Below are positions 49,203-63,045 of a stretch of DNA of 64,000 nt, piece after piece. A program made the translations under genes and the position numbers. Location of the stretch: NCBI RefSeq assembly GCF_006345805.1, contig NC_043023.1:20212001-20276000 (forward strand), in the 5' to 3' direction. How positions within the stretch are numbered: position 1 is the first letter of the stretch; every line of letters begins with the position of its first letter. The notes under the pieces were generated by a model that searched no databases, was not told the DNA's origin, and saw only the letters and a program-made list of their open reading frames with translations. This stretch comes from Octopus sinensis. Lineage: Eukaryota.

Positions 49203-52200
49203 TGTGTGTATGTGTAAACAGCAGTGCCCCAGCATGGCCACAGCTTTGAGCTGAAACTGATGTTTTTTTTTAAATGTGCATGTGTGGTAAGAAGCTTGCT
49301 TCCCAACCACATGGTCCTGGGTTCAGTCCCACTGTGTGCCACCTTGGGCAAGCGTCTTGCTTTACTATAGCTTCAGGCTGACCAAAGCCTAGTGAGTGGA
49401 TTTGGTAGATGGAAACTGAAAGAAGCCCATCATTTGTGTGTCCTTGTCCGTGTTTATGTCCCTGTAACCTAGCACTTCAGCAAAAGTGACCAATTAAAAT
49501 TTTAAAAAACTGGTATTGATTCGTTTGATTAAAAATTCTTTAGGATTGTGCTGTAGCTTGGCCAACGTCTAATGACTGAAACAAGTGAAAAATAAACGCT
49601 GGAGATATTTTGCCAATCCAATACGCTGGGCTTTGGGTACTTTATTGATCCCAGGAGGACGTAATGCAAAACTGACCTCTGCCCTGTTGCACTGATGCCC
49701 AACCTTATTTTGCACCAAAAACCAGTTCCATTCAAGACAATTCTTTCGTGCACCGTGGAGATCTCTTGCATAACAAAAACCCACAAAGTGCATAATATAC
49801 ATCGATTTCTAATAATGTACATCACAAACAATTGGCCATTAAAACCAAATCGTTTGGCAGAAAAAGCCGACCGCCCATACATTGCTTCCAAAGGGAGAGT
49901 CCATTGTGGATCCTAAGCTGAAAGTCCTGCTTGTGGTTGCCAAACAATGGCAAAGGTGGTCTTCAGTGCATCTGACCAGGTTTTTACCAAAAATAATCTA
50001 AGCACATTATAAAATTATTTATTCTTTTACTTGTTTCAGTCATTTGACTGTGGCCATGCTGGAGCACCGCCTTTAGTTGAACAAATCGACCCCAGAACTT
50101 CTTTTTTGTAAGCCTAGTACCTATTCTATCGGTTTCTTTTGCTGAACCGCTAAGTTATGAGGGTGGAAACATACCAACATATATATATATATATATCGTT
50201 GAGTTCTACGTCTATTTGTGGTGTCCTGTACTCCCGTATAATTATTTATATATGCATGTATATATACATGTAGATGTAGGTACGAACATATATGTTTGTA
50301 TGTATGCATATATTTTATTTATTACACTATATATATATATACATACACACATATATATATGACGGGCTTCTTTCAGTTTCCGCCTACCTTTTCCCTGCTT
50401 GTTTAGACAACCAACTCTAGTGTGGACAGATGGATAGTGGCAGAGGAAGGGTTTGAGGCACGAAGGAATATATAAACAAGTGGTAAGAAGCTTGTTTCTC
50501 AGACACATGGTCCCAGGTTCAGTCCCACTACATGACACCTTGGGGAAGTGCCTTAAGCCGACCAAAGCCTTGTGAGTGGATCTGGCAGGCGGAAACTGAA
50601 AGAAGCCTTTTGTGTGTCTGTGTCTGTCCCCTCCCCCCCACCATCGCTTGACAATTGATGTTGGTGTGTTTGTGTCCCTGTAACTTAGTGGTTTGGCAAA
50701 GGAGATGGACAGAATGAGAATTAGCCCTGGGGTCGGTTTGTTTGACTAAAGGCTCCAGCATGGCCACAGTTAAATGCTCGAAGCAGGTAAAAGAATAAAA
50801 GATATGTGTGTGTGTGTGTGTGCATATATAGGTGTGTGTGTGTGTGTGCATATATAGGTGTGTGTGTGTGTGTGCATATATAGGTGTGTGTGTGCATATA
50901 TAGGTGTGTGTGTGTATATTAAGATAGAGCAATCAAGGTAATTAATCCAAGGAAAGAACATGAGAGAGAACAGGTGTTTCTACAGATAACCATTATCTCT
51001 CTCTCTGTCTGTCTCTCTCTCTCCCTCGTAGGTTCTAGGTTCGTAGGTGTGTGTGTGTGTAGCTAAGCAGACAGGATGGAGTTCTCACTCCAGATGATAA
51101 TGAAGTGTGTATACACACCACCGCCCAAATGTAAACAGTTCTGTATATACAGTTAGTGTGTGATTATGTATAGTTGTTGAGGTAGTAAAAAAAGGAAGGG
51201 GGCAAAAAATGGAAGGGGGGCAAGCCAGACAAGCTGTGAATCAACTCTCTCTCTCTGTGAACTAACCTGATTTAGGGACCAGTTTCTGGGTCAAACCCTA
51301 CATTGCTACACTCCTTACTTGTTGAAAAGGGGGCCACAACTTCACTTGTTTACTCAGCACACACACACACACACACTCACTCCCTACTTTCATTGTTATA
51401 TACATCAGTATATGTGTATATGTATGTATATACTCACACACACACATGACCTACCTTCACTGTTAAATATGCGTATGTATATACATATACATACATACAT
51501 ATATATGTATATATATACATGTTTCTTTATTACCCACAAGGGGCTAAACACAGAGGGGACAAACAAGGACAGACAAACGAATTAAGTCGATTACATCGAC
51601 CCCAGTGCGTAACTGGTACTTAATTTATCGACCCCGATATAGGAGTGGCTGTGTGGTAAGTAGCTTGCTTCCCAACCACATGGTTCTGGGTTCAGTCCCA
51701 CTGCGTGGCGCTTTGGACAAGTGTCTTCTACTGTAGCCTTAAGTCAACCAAGGCCTTGTGAGTGGATTTGGTAGACGGAAACTGAAAGAAGCCCATCATA
51801 TATATGTGTGTGTTTGCGTGTCTCTGTTTGTCTCCCCAACATCATTTGACAACTGGTGTTGGTGTGTTTTCATCCCAAATTTTAAGGTAGCGGTTTGGCA
51901 AAACAGACTGATAGAATAAAACCTGGGGTTGATTTCTTAGGACTAAAAAGTGGTGCTCCAGCATGGCCACAGTCAAAATGACTGGAACAAATAAAAGAGT
52001 GTATATATACATATGTATTTGTGTGTGTGTGTGTGTGTGTGTACCTGTGTTTGACAACCAATCTTGGTGTGACTACGTCCCCCGTAACTTAGCGGTTTGG
52101 TAAAAGAGACTGATAGAATAAGCTGCAGGTTTACAGAGTGTCCAGGGGTTGATTTCTTAGGACTAAAAGGTGGTGCTCCAGCATGGCCATACGCAAATTG

Positions 52201-52249
52201 ACTGGAACAAGTTAAAGAATTAAAGAATATAAATGTGTGTGTGTGTATA

Positions 52250-52282
<33 letters not shown>

Positions 52283-52859
52283 CACTCTGCCTAGCTTCAC
52301 TGTTAGACCTGTGTGTATGTGTTGGTGTATATATAATGCTCGCAATCACATTTGTATGTATGTTCATTCATGTGTGTATCTGTATATACATATACATCCC
52401 AGTGTCTGTATATGAGTGTGTGTGTATATATATTTTAATATATATATACACACACATACATGTGTGTGTGTTTTTAGCTGTGAAGCTACATAAAGTGACT
52501 GGGAGGGGGGGCTTATTTGATGTGTGGCACATAGAAACACACACACACACACATTATACTACATCTGCTTTCCTTGTTTACATGGATTGCCATGGTTGGA
52601 TTCAGCACATACTCAGAAGTGTTGCACTTGCCTAAATGAATCGGAGGCCTTTGTCTTCCTCCTATTCTTACCTTTTTTTTTCACAAGATTTCCTGTGTTG
52701 CAGCCCTTTTGTGTGTGTGTTTGCTAAGATGAGAGGAGACCCTGGTTCTGAGTAGGAGCAAAGTTATTAGGGGTTTGGGATGGAAGAGTAAATGGCTGGG
52801 TAGACAGATGGGTAGATAGGCTGACTACCCCACATTATGATGGCACAGAACCTAGAGCA

Positions 52860-53050
52860 AGCCATTATATATATATATATACACACACACACGCATACTT
52901 CTATAATCACATACATATAGTTATATATGTGTATATATATATATATATACACACACCGCATACTTCTATAATCACATACATATAGCTATATGTGTATGTA
53001 TATATATACATACTTCTATAATTACATACATATAGCTATATGTGTATATA
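52860..53050. repeat. Three copies of a ~55-bp unit (catacttctataat.acatacatatag.tat)
   Basis: The core recurs at ~52894, ~52958 and ~53008. Confidence 0.85.
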
Positions 53051-53139
53051 TGGGAGAGAGAGATAGGTACATTGTATAGCTCTCCATGCCACACCACATC
53101 CCCATCACTATCTACATGCACATAAGCTTGTGTGTGTAT

Positions 53140-53190
<51 letters not shown>

Positions 53191-53305
53191 CATGCACACA
53201 CTACCGCAGGCAGCTATTTAGTTTGTACCAGTCCATATATACACACAGATAGACAGAAGCACACTTTAGCCCTACGTATACATCAACAATTACACCACTT
53301 CATAA

Positions 53306-53336
<31 letters not shown>

Positions 53337-53837
53337 CACCCACACTCAAGCCACCATTCTACACACAGATTACATTGTTCTCTCTTTAAACAATAAAGTT
53401 ATTGTATTATCTGAGATTTTTAGATTGGTGTGTGTATGTGTGTATATACACACATCAGACTTGTATGAATGTATGTATATGAATGCATCTATTTATGGCA
53501 AAGTATGATTTGTGTCTATATATAGGTGTGTATACAGCCATGTGTTTATGTAGATGTGGGCTAGGCGCACTCTTATCTCTGCGGTTGACAAACTTATCTC
53601 TCGACCACCTGGTCATGGTTTCAATCCTAGCTTAACCCACTTGATACCGACCCACCTGAGATTGCTCTCTTTGTCACGTAGTGCCAATGTTTTGAGCTGA
53701 GGTGAGGCAAGTTAAAACCGGCTTCGATCGAAAGATCTTGGGTACTTTATACCCCAAACACCAGCGAGACATTCTACTTCACGTTGCTCCTGTCCACTCG
53801 CTCAGCTGGCAAAAACAAGTTGTACTTGTATATCTAT

Positions 53838-54215
53838 TTCTTTACTACCCACAAGGGGCTAAACACAGAGGGGACAAACAAGGACAGACAAACGGATTAC
53901 ATCGACCCCAGCGCGTAACTGGTACTTAATTTATCGACCCCTGGAAGGATGAAAGGCAAAGTCGACCTCGGTGGAATTTGAACCCAGAACGTAACGGCAG
54001 ACGAAATACCTATTTCTTTACTACCCACAAGGGGCTAAACACAGAGGGGACAAACGGATTACATCGACCCCAGCGCATAACTGGTACTTAATTTATCGAC
54101 CCCGAAAGGATGAAAGGCAAAGTCGACCTTGGCGGAATTTGAACTCAGAACGTAACGGCAGACGAAATACGGCTACGCATTTCGCCCGGCGTGCTAACGC
54201 TTCTGCCAGCTTGCC
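53838..54215 (-). mobile_element. Two tandem SINE family B copies
   Basis: tatttctttactacccacaaggggctaaacacagaggggaca occurs twice. The head ends ttctgccagcttgcc. Confidence 0.88.
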
Positions 54216-54968
54216 ACCGTTGCACTTGTATATCGTAGGGTCAACCTTGTCGCATTCTGCATTCCACTGAAGATTCCTGAGATGTACATTCAGGTGACAC
54301 AAGTCTGTGGAGTACTCAGCCACTTTCCACTCTACAGTTTCTCGAGCAGACTGTTTTGCTGATCGGATCAACTGGAAAACCAATGCAGTTCCTATTACTT
54401 CACTTTGCTCCAGTCCACTCGGCTGGCAAAAATTAGTCGTACCAGTAATTCACAAGGGGCCGGCCTTGTTGCATACCATTTCAGGCTGAATCTCCCTGAG
54501 AACTACATTAACCCTTTAACATTTAAACCGGCCATCATCATCCTCATCATTTAGCATCCACCTTCCATCCTGACATGGGTTGGACGGTTTGACAGGAACC
54601 AGCCAGGCAGACGCCTCTACTTGACTTCAAGGGCCCAAGAACAAGGGAAGCAAGTGCACCCTCTAACATGTTGTTGGGGGTGCAGAATGCAATATTGCAC
54701 CCCTTCCTTGCCTTTCTCAAGCTTAGAAAATAGGGTTTAAGAATTGCCCCGTAAAAAGTTGCTTGAAGTTTGGTTTCTTTACAAAATGAAAACAAGGGAC
54801 TAAAATAAATTTTTAAAAACCCTTCCATAGAAGATTCGGTCAGAATTCTGATTGAATCTTCCACGTGTCAGCATCTCCCTCCTTGGGACAATGTAAACTT
54901 TCATTTAATCAAGATGCCCTTCACCTAACGAGTAACCTGTCTTATACACTCATTCACTTCAACATTTA

Positions 54969-55057
54969 AATTTAATTTGTCAAAATATTTTTGTCGCTTT
55001 GAGAGTGTGACCTGTTTGAGGTCTCAAAGCGACGAAAATATTTTGACAAATTAAATT
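54969..55057. repeat. Hairpin with ~36-bp arms (1 mismatch) and a 17-nt loop
   Basis: aatttaatttgtcaaaatatttttgtcgctttgaga / tctcaaagcgacgaaaatattttgacaaattaaatt. Confidence 0.93.
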
Positions 55058-55107
55058 AAGAAGAATCTTTAAAGAAGGATGTTAGTAGTTAGGAGTTCAT
55101 TGAAGAA

Positions 55108-55334
55108 TTAACCCTTTAGTGTTCAGATTATTCTATCAAACATAATGCCTATTGATTCCCATTGATTTGAATTAATCATGCATTATCTCATATCTTCAAG
55201 ATCTTGATGGTGTAATTACTTAATGTAGAATAACATTGTGGGGTAGGTGTGAGAGCCTGGATCTGGTCAGTTTGAACATAAAACAGATTAACTATTTTGG
55301 CCAGATATGGCCGGTTTAAATACTAAAGGGTTAA
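55108..55334. mobile_element. piggyBac-like MITE (219 bp) with TTAA target duplication
   Basis: TTAA-ccctttagtgtt...aaatactaaaggg-TTAA. Related ends lie at ~54508-54535 and ~57170-57193. Confidence 0.8.
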
Positions 55335-55719
55335 GGAACATACTTAGAGAAAGATAATAGTGGTCAGCACTTTTATGGTCAGAGAATTAAGGAAATCCTT
55401 AGTAAAAGATAGCAGCAGTTTGCTATTCCGTTGTTGAAGGATCAAGGAATGTTCTTAGTAAAAGATAAAAGAAGTTGCTGGATCCGTCTTTGAAGAGAAA
55501 GTTAACACATATCGCAGGAAACTTTGTGAATCTCTTAAGAGAACTTACCGGAAAAATGTGGTGCAGAAGTAAGTCAGCACTTTAAACGATGAATTAATTT
55601 CCTGTGTGATGCCATACAAAATGAAATCTTAAGAGCCACATGCTCATAACCCTCTACACGAGATCAGAAAAGAAGTTTGAAAAATTCCATGTTTATTGGT
55701 GTTATATTTACCAACGGCG

Positions 55720-55980
55720 CCTCACTGGCACCTGTGTCAGTGGCATGTGTAAAAAGATTCAAGCGAGGACATTGCTAGTACCGCCTGACTGGCCCCAATG
55801 CCAGTGGCACGTAAAAAGAACCCACTACACTCATGGAGTGGTTGGCATTAGGAAGGGCATCCAGCTGTAGAAACTCTGCCAGATCAAGACTGGAGCCTGG
55901 TGCAGCCATCTGGTTCGCCAGCCCTCAGTCAAAACCGTCCAACCCATGTTAGCAAGGAAAACGGACGTTAAATGATGATA
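55720..55980 (+). mobile_element. RTE 3' tail
   Basis: gtggcacgtaaaaagaacccactacac...taggaagggcatccagctgtagaaac...gttaaatgatgat. Confidence 0.75.
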
Positions 55981-55984
55981 TGTG

Positions 55985-56600
55985 ATTGCTCTGGAATGGA
56001 ACAAGAATCAATTACTGTCGTTACATTTCTGGAAACCAAGATGTCCCCAAAGATTTTCTCAGCTTTTATAACCCTCCTGTCTACACTTCAGAGACACTGA
56101 CTAAGGTTATTCTGGATGTCTTTTGTTGCCTATAAACGTTTCTCTGGGTTCAAAATTATTCTGTTTTTGCCCTTGGTGGTGCATGCACCAGGAGCAGAAG
56201 CATTTCAGGCCTACAAAAGAGATTAAAAGACAGGTTTCCTGGGACATATTTTGTTCAGTGCGGAAACATCCCTCTGGACCTTGTCCTCCAAGAAGTTGGA
56301 TCTACAGTTGCCCTGGTCACTGATCCATGGAACTTTGTTCACCGTTCTTCTGAAAGTGCTATGGACAAGCCTTTGTGATGAGAATGTTGTCTGTTGCCTC
56401 AAGCGAGAGAATGTTCTGCACACTTTGCTGTTTGGAGACCTGACTCTGTCCCACAATGATGTGACATTGTCCGACACACTGTGCTGTAATGTTTGGACAT
56501 TAAAACGTGAGCAAGGAAAGCACTTTGGACATTCTCTTGGAAAACTTCATTGCCAAAATGAGCGAGTATAGAAAACTTTTTTTAAATGATTTGAAGCAAT
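55985..56600 (+). pseudogene. Degenerate hAT-superfamily transposase fragment (ZMYM1-like group)
   Basis: Across frameshifts: SGMEQESI / RYISGNQDVPKDFLSFY...ETLTKVILDVF*...SGLQKRLKDRFPGTYFVQCGNIPLDLVLQEV / LCPT. These match the hAT motifs D.SG.EQ.S..RY, E.FLGF, HC..H.L.L and LC.TRW. Confidence 0.78.
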
Positions 56601-57496
56601 ACTTTGCCATTTATGCTATTAAAAGATCTTAGATATGTTTCTTTTGATATTAAGACTGAAAGAAAAATTGGCCTTATTTGTAAAAAAAATTTGGAACTGA
56701 GTTTGCATTCACTTAGCAAATTTCGTTCCCAGGCCACGGCTTCACTTCTGTGTCTGTTTTGGTAGGGTTTTTAACAGCTGGATGCCCTTCCTAACACCAA
56801 CCACCCTGAAGTGTGGACTGAGTGCCTTCTATGTGGCACCAGTATAGGCGAGATCAGTTGTGGAATGGTTTTTACAGCTAAATGCCCTTCCAAATGTCAA
56901 CCACTCTACAGTGTAGACTGGATGTTTTTTATCTGACACCAGCACAGGTGAGGTCAGTTTTGGTAAGGTCTTTACAGCTAAATGCCTACCATATTACAGT
57001 GTGGCCTGGATGTTTTTTAAGTGGCACCTGCACCAACAGGCCACGTCTAGCTAAAATAATGTTTTATCTTCAAACCAGTCAGATCTGACCCCTCATACTT
57101 GCCCTACAAAATTCTTCTGGAAGCTACAAGGTAACAGCTCCTCAGTAAATAAGCATTTTACGTTTGACACAGTAATCAGAATGCTAAACGGTTAAGGGCA
57201 CACGTGTCTGTGGTGTACTCAGCCATTTGCATGTTGTTAATTTCACAAACGGGCTCTTCTCTTGACCAGATCCAGTGGTTAGGGTCTTCAGCTCATGATC
57301 TTAAGGTTGTGAGTTCAATTCCCAGGTGGTGTGTTGCGTCCTTGAGCAAGACACTTTATTTCATGTTGTACCTGTAATTCAGTGGGGGCCAGCCTTATCG
57401 CATTCTGCATGTGATGCTGAATCCTCCTCAGAACTACGTTAAGGGTACATATGTCAGTGGAATACTCGGCCACTTTGCCTGTTAATTTCACGAGCT

Positions 57497-57858
57497 GCTG
57501 TGTGGTAAGTAACTTGCTTACCAATCACATGGTTCCGGGTTCAGTCCCACTGCATGGCACCTTGGGCAAGTGTCTTCTACTATAGCCTCGGGCCGACCAA
57601 AGCCTTGTGAGTGGATTTGGTAGACGGAAACTGAAAGAAGCCCGTCGTGTGTGTGTGTGTGTGTATGTTTGTGTTTGTCCCCTCAGCATTGCTTGACAAC
57701 CAATGCTGGTGTGTTTACATCCCCATAACTTAGCGGTTTGGCAAAAGAGACTGATAGAATAAGTACTAGGTTTTAGTCCTGGGGTTGATTTGCTCATCAA
57801 AAAGTGGTGCTCCAGCATGGCCGCAGTCAAGTGACTGAGACTAGTAAAAGAATATAAA
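57497..57858 (+). mobile_element. SINE family A
   Basis: ctgtgtggtaagtaacttgc head to gactgagactagtaaaag tail. Confidence 0.88.
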
Positions 57859-58689
57859 GGCTGTTGCATTGTCTGAATCAACTTGACCACTTGCTGTCAT
57901 AACTGATGGAGAGCCAGTGGTCAGTGTCTTTGTGACTGACGTCGTGGGTTCAACTCCTGGCAGCGCATTTACCCGCTTGAGCAACAAACTTCATTCCACC
58001 TCACTCCAGTCCACTCAGCTGGCAGAAATGAGTTGTACCAGTAATTCGAAAGGGTTCAGCCGTGTCTCATTCTCTGTCATACTGAATCTCCCTGAGAACT
58101 ATGTTAAGGGTATACCTGTCTGTGGAGCACTCAGCCACTAGCACGGGTCATCTAGAACCTCACTGTCATAACTGACAGTGTCGGTTATACATACATCTGT
58201 GTATCATCATCATTTCACATCCGGTTTTCCATGCTGGCATGGGTTGGAAGGTTTTGGCAAGGGCAGTCGAGTCAGGGTTCCATTGGGTCTTTCTGTGTCA
58301 GTTCTGCCATGGTTTCTACAGCTAGATGCCCTTCCTAATACCAACCACTTTACAGAACATAAACAAACCAACACTGGTTGTGAAGCTGTGGTGTGGATCA
58401 AACACAATGGTACACACACATATACATTGGCCGAAACACATTGAAGAATATATACGATGGGCTGCTGCACAGTTTCCGTCTACCAAATCCACTCACAAGG
58501 CTTTGGTCAGCCCGAGGCTATAGTAGAAGACACTTGCCCAAGGTGCCACGCAGTAGGACCGAACCCAGAACCATGTGGTTTGGAAGCAAGTTTTCTAACC
58601 ACACAACCACATCTGCATCCGTGTGTGTGTGTGTGCATATGCTTGTGTCTTGGTGTGTGTGTGTGTGTATGAGTGCGTTATTTATATAT

Positions 58690-59103
58690 ACTCTTTTACT
58701 TGTTTCAGTCATTTGACTGCGGCCATGCTGGAGCACCGCCTTTAATCTAACAAATCGACCCCGGGACTTATTCTTTTGTAAGCCTAGTACTTATTCTATT
58801 GGTCTCTTTTGCCGAACCGCTAAGTGACGGGGGACATAAACACACCAGCATCGGTTGTCAAGCAATGCTAGGGGGACAAACACAGACACACAAACACACA
58901 CACACACGCATATATATATATATATATATATACGTATAAACGACAGGCTTCTTTCAGTTTCCGTCTACCAAATCCACTCACAAGGCATTGGTCGGCCCGG
59001 GGCTATAGCAGAAGACACTTGCCCAAGGTGCCACGCAGCGGGACTGAACCCGGAACCATGTGGTTTGTAAGCAAGCTACGTACCACACAGCCACTCCCGC
59101 ACC
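58690..59103 (-). mobile_element. SINE family A, full length
   Basis: Reverse complement of the full head-to-tail element. Confidence 0.9.
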
Positions 59104-59309
59104 TATATATATGTATGTAAGAATGACGGAGAACTACTATTGCTGTGTGTGTGTATGTGTGTGGTTGAACATGTAGGAGCTTGGACGTTAATTGTGAGCT
59201 TTTTGGTGTGTGTGTGAGATTTTGACTCATTTCCAAGGAAAATATAGTTTCCCAGATATGCTACACTGCACACACACACACACACACACACACCACACAC
59301 GGAGCGAAT

Positions 59310-59442
59310 AAAGGAAGTAGACATTAGATAAATGTAGTCCTAGGCACATCTTTATGTCTCACTAAAACATGGGATGGCCATGGCTGGAGCATCTTTGATC
59401 ATTGTGTTTACCATCAGAGCTGACCTGAAGTAAACAACAATA
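59310..59442. repeat. Single diverged monomer of the ~150-bp unit, in the opposite orientation to the arrays
   Basis: acattagataaatgtagtcctagg...gggatggccatggctgga...tttgatcat...gctgacctg...taaacaacaa is the reverse complement of the array unit. Confidence 0.75.
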
Positions 59443-60739
59443 CGTACACACACAGTGTGTGTGTATATATATATATATGTATATGTGTGTGTGTGTATAT
59501 ATGTGTGTGTGTGTATATATATGTGTTCATATATTTATATATATACACACATATACATAAACATACATCTGTGTATGTACATACATATGTATGTATGTAT
59601 ATATATATATATGTGTATATATATATACACATACACTGATATGTGTATCTGTACAGAGACCTATATAGACACAACCTGCCACTTCCCCCTATTAGAACCT
59701 GACTGTATTGCTTAATACACAGGGGACAGGCACCTCCCCCCTCGCCCACCACCTCCAACCCCCACCTGCCACACCCACTCTCCTATATATATATATCTAC
59801 ATCTACACTGTTCAGCCTCTTTGTTTTATTAGCATCTGTATGTTGTGAACGTGTTTATATATATAATATAGTGTGTGCGTATATACACACTCATCTTTCT
59901 ACAGTTTCTACACACCATTAACTAGCTTCCTTGGCACAGTTCCACACTGGCCTCCACGCCCTTTCACCCTTTCCTATTTGTCTGTCTGTGTGTCCCCCTC
60001 CTCCTGATTGCGTGTCTATATGCTTCTTTGTGCATGTGTGTGTGTAACTATGCCCCCACCTCTCTCTCTCTATATATATATGTGTGTGTATATATATACA
60101 TATACATATGTATATATATATATATATATGTGTGTATATATACATATACATATGTATATATATATATGTGTGTATATATACATATGTATATATATATATG
60201 TGTGTATATATATACATATACATATGTATATATATATATATGTGTGTATATATATACATATACATATGTATATATATATATATATATATGTGTGTATATA
60301 TATACATATACACACTCACCAACATTGTTCTGGAAGTTGAGGCCAAAACTTTTACAGCTTAGTAGCATATAATGTGTGTGTATACATGTGTGTGTATACA
60401 TGTGTGTGTATACATGTGGGTGTGTGTGTTGTATATATGTATGTGTAAGTATAAGCATACACAAGACGCTGTCCTTATATATATATATATATATATTTCT
60501 TTACTACCCACAAGGGGCTAAACACAGAGGGGACAAACAAGGACAGACAAAGGGATTTAGTCGATTACATCGACCCCAGTGCGTAACTGGTACTTAATTT
60601 ATCAACCCCGAAAGGATGAAAGGCAAAGTCGACCTCGGCGGAATTTGAACTCACAACGTAAAGAAATACGGCTACGCATTTCGCCTGGCGTGCTAACGTT
60701 TCTGCTATATATATATATATATACACATACACACACAAA

Positions 60740-61815
60740 TAGTGGCTGTGTGGTAAGTAGCTTGCTTCCCAACCACTTGGTTCCGAGTTCAGTTCCACTG
60801 CGTGGCACCTTGGGCAAGTGTCTTATACTATAGCCTTGGGCCGACCAAAACCTTGAGTGGATTTGGTAGACAGAAACTGAAAGAAGCCTGTTGTATATAT
60901 ATATGTGTGTGTGTGTCGCTTGACAACCGATGCTGGTGTGTTTACGTCTCTGTAACTTAGCGGTTTGGCAAAAGGGTTTGATAGAATAAGTACTAGGCTT
61001 ACAAAGAATAAATCCTGGAGTCAATTCGTTTGACTAAAGGCAGTGCTCCAGCATGGCCGCAGTCAAATGACTGAAACAAGTAAAAGAGTGTGTGTTATAT
61101 ATATATATATATATAGATATATATAGATAGATAGATATATATAGATATAGATATATATAGATAGATATAGATATATATAGATATAGATATATATAGATAG
61201 ATAGATATATATATATATAGATAGATATAAACATACACAAGATGCTGTGTGTAAGATTATATACACACCCACCCACACATCATCTTGTCAGTTTTCCATG
61301 CTGGCATGAGTTGAATGGTTTGACAGGACCCAGCAAGACTGCACTGAGTCCCCCTCCCATTGTGGCCTGGTTTCTACGGTTGGGTGCCCTTCCTAATGCC
61401 AACCACTCCACACAGTGGCACTGGGTGCTCTTTTATTTAAAATTTTTTCTCGCACTAGTGAGATGACCCGAGTAAGCTGCAAGATGTGGAAGATAAATAA
61501 GGGTGGAGGGGTACCTTTGCACCCTGTGCAGGAAGCCTAAAGGGTGTCAGGGAGATATATATATACATACATACAATCACATATATATGTGTGATGGGCT
61601 CAGAAGGCTTTGGTCAGCCTGAGGCTATAGTAGAAGGCGCTTGCCCAAAGTGCCACACAGAGGGACTGAACCCAGAACCATGTGGTTGCGAAGCAAGCTA
61701 CTTACCACACAGCCCCCTTATGGCACCTTTGGCAAGTGTTTTCTACTATAGCCTCAGGCCAACCAAGTCCTTGTGAGTGGGTGCGGTAGATGGAAACTGA
61801 AAGAAGCCTGTTGTA

Positions 61816-61862
<47 letters not shown>

Positions 61863-62050
61863 TTGTCCCCCTAGCATTGCTTGACAACCGATGCTGGTGT
61901 GTTTACGTCCCCGTTACTTAGCGGTTCGGCAAAAGAGACCGATAAAATAAGTACTGGGCTTACAAAAGAATAAGTCCTGGGGTCGATTTGCTCAATTAAA
62001 GGCGGTGCTCCAGCATGGCCGCAGTCAACTGACTGAAACAAGTAAAAAAA
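60740..62050. mobile_element. SINE family A copies (+ 60740-61088, - ~61600-61712, + ~61720-62045) with an RTE tail fragment (- ~61275-61430)
   Basis: Family A head and tail motifs in alternating orientation. Confidence 0.8.
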
Positions 62051-62479
62051 AATATATATACATATATATATATATGGAGAGAGAGAGAGAGAGAAAAAGT
62101 CATCAGAATTTCGTGAAAAAAAATGTTTCTATTTCTTCATTATTATGACTAGTTTCAAAGTCACTGTTCCTCATCAGTCTGGAATATATATGTATGTATA
62201 CACATGCATATATATATGTGTGTATAAACACACGTACATATGTATATACATATATATATGTAGATTGATATGAACACACAGGCTTTTGTGTTGGAACAAG
62301 AATTGAGTTCTCAAAGACCGTTGGATTAAAATTCCTGCAAAATGCATCACATATATGTGTGTATATATATGTATAGTGTTTTGAGTGTGTATATATATAT
62401 GTATATACATGTACTTATGTGTGTGTGTACGTACTTGTTTGTGTGTGTATAAATATATATATATATGCCTATGCACATA

Positions 62480-62516
<37 letters not shown>

Positions 62517-62580
62517 GAGTATACATAAATATGTAATAATTTGTGTGTGTGTGTATATATGTGCATAGTGTTTTTAAGTG

Positions 62581-62584
<4 letters not shown>

Positions 62585-62622
<38 letters not shown>

Positions 62623-62827
62623 TACTTGTTTCAGTCATTTGACTGCGGCCATGCTGGAGCACCGCCTTTAGAGTACAGCAGGGATCACCACCTCCTGCCG
62701 GAGCCTCGTGGAGCTTTTAGGTGTTTTTTTCGCTCAATAAACACACAACAACGCCCGGTCTGGGAATCGAAACCGCGATCCTCCGACCGCAAGTCCGCTG
62801 CCCTAACCACTAGGCCATTGCGCCTCC
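62585..62827 (-). mobile_element. Chimeric SINE: family C head and body joined to a family A 3' end, with a long poly(A)
   Basis: The plus strand reads T-run (62585-62621), gtacttgtttcagtcatttgactgcggccatgctggagcaccgcctttag|agtacagcagggatcacc...ccattgcgcctcc. Confidence 0.8.
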
Positions 62828-62941
62828 TGTATATATATGTATATACATATACTTGTGTGTTTGTGTGTGTATAAATATATATATTGCCTATGCACATATG
62901 TATATATATATATATACAGGAGTATACATAAATATGTAATT

Positions 62942-62972
<31 letters not shown>

Positions 62973-62979
62973 GCCTATG

Positions 62980-63045
<66 letters not shown>

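Noticed and set aside
49529-49990. Several 70-120-aa ORFs in an apparently unique stretch
   Set aside because: No recognisable homology, stops are scattered in all frames, and there are no clear exon boundaries.
51000-51050. Pyrimidine tract followed by tandem TAG|GT (recursive splice site?)
   Set aside because: The downstream bases (GTTCTA, GTTCGT, GTGTGT) do not match a donor consensus.
52669-52740. Possible 52-nt minus-strand exon (tctcctctcatcttag ... aag|gtaaga)
   Set aside because: The content is CA/A-run low complexity, and such splice-like pairs are expected by chance in 64 kb.
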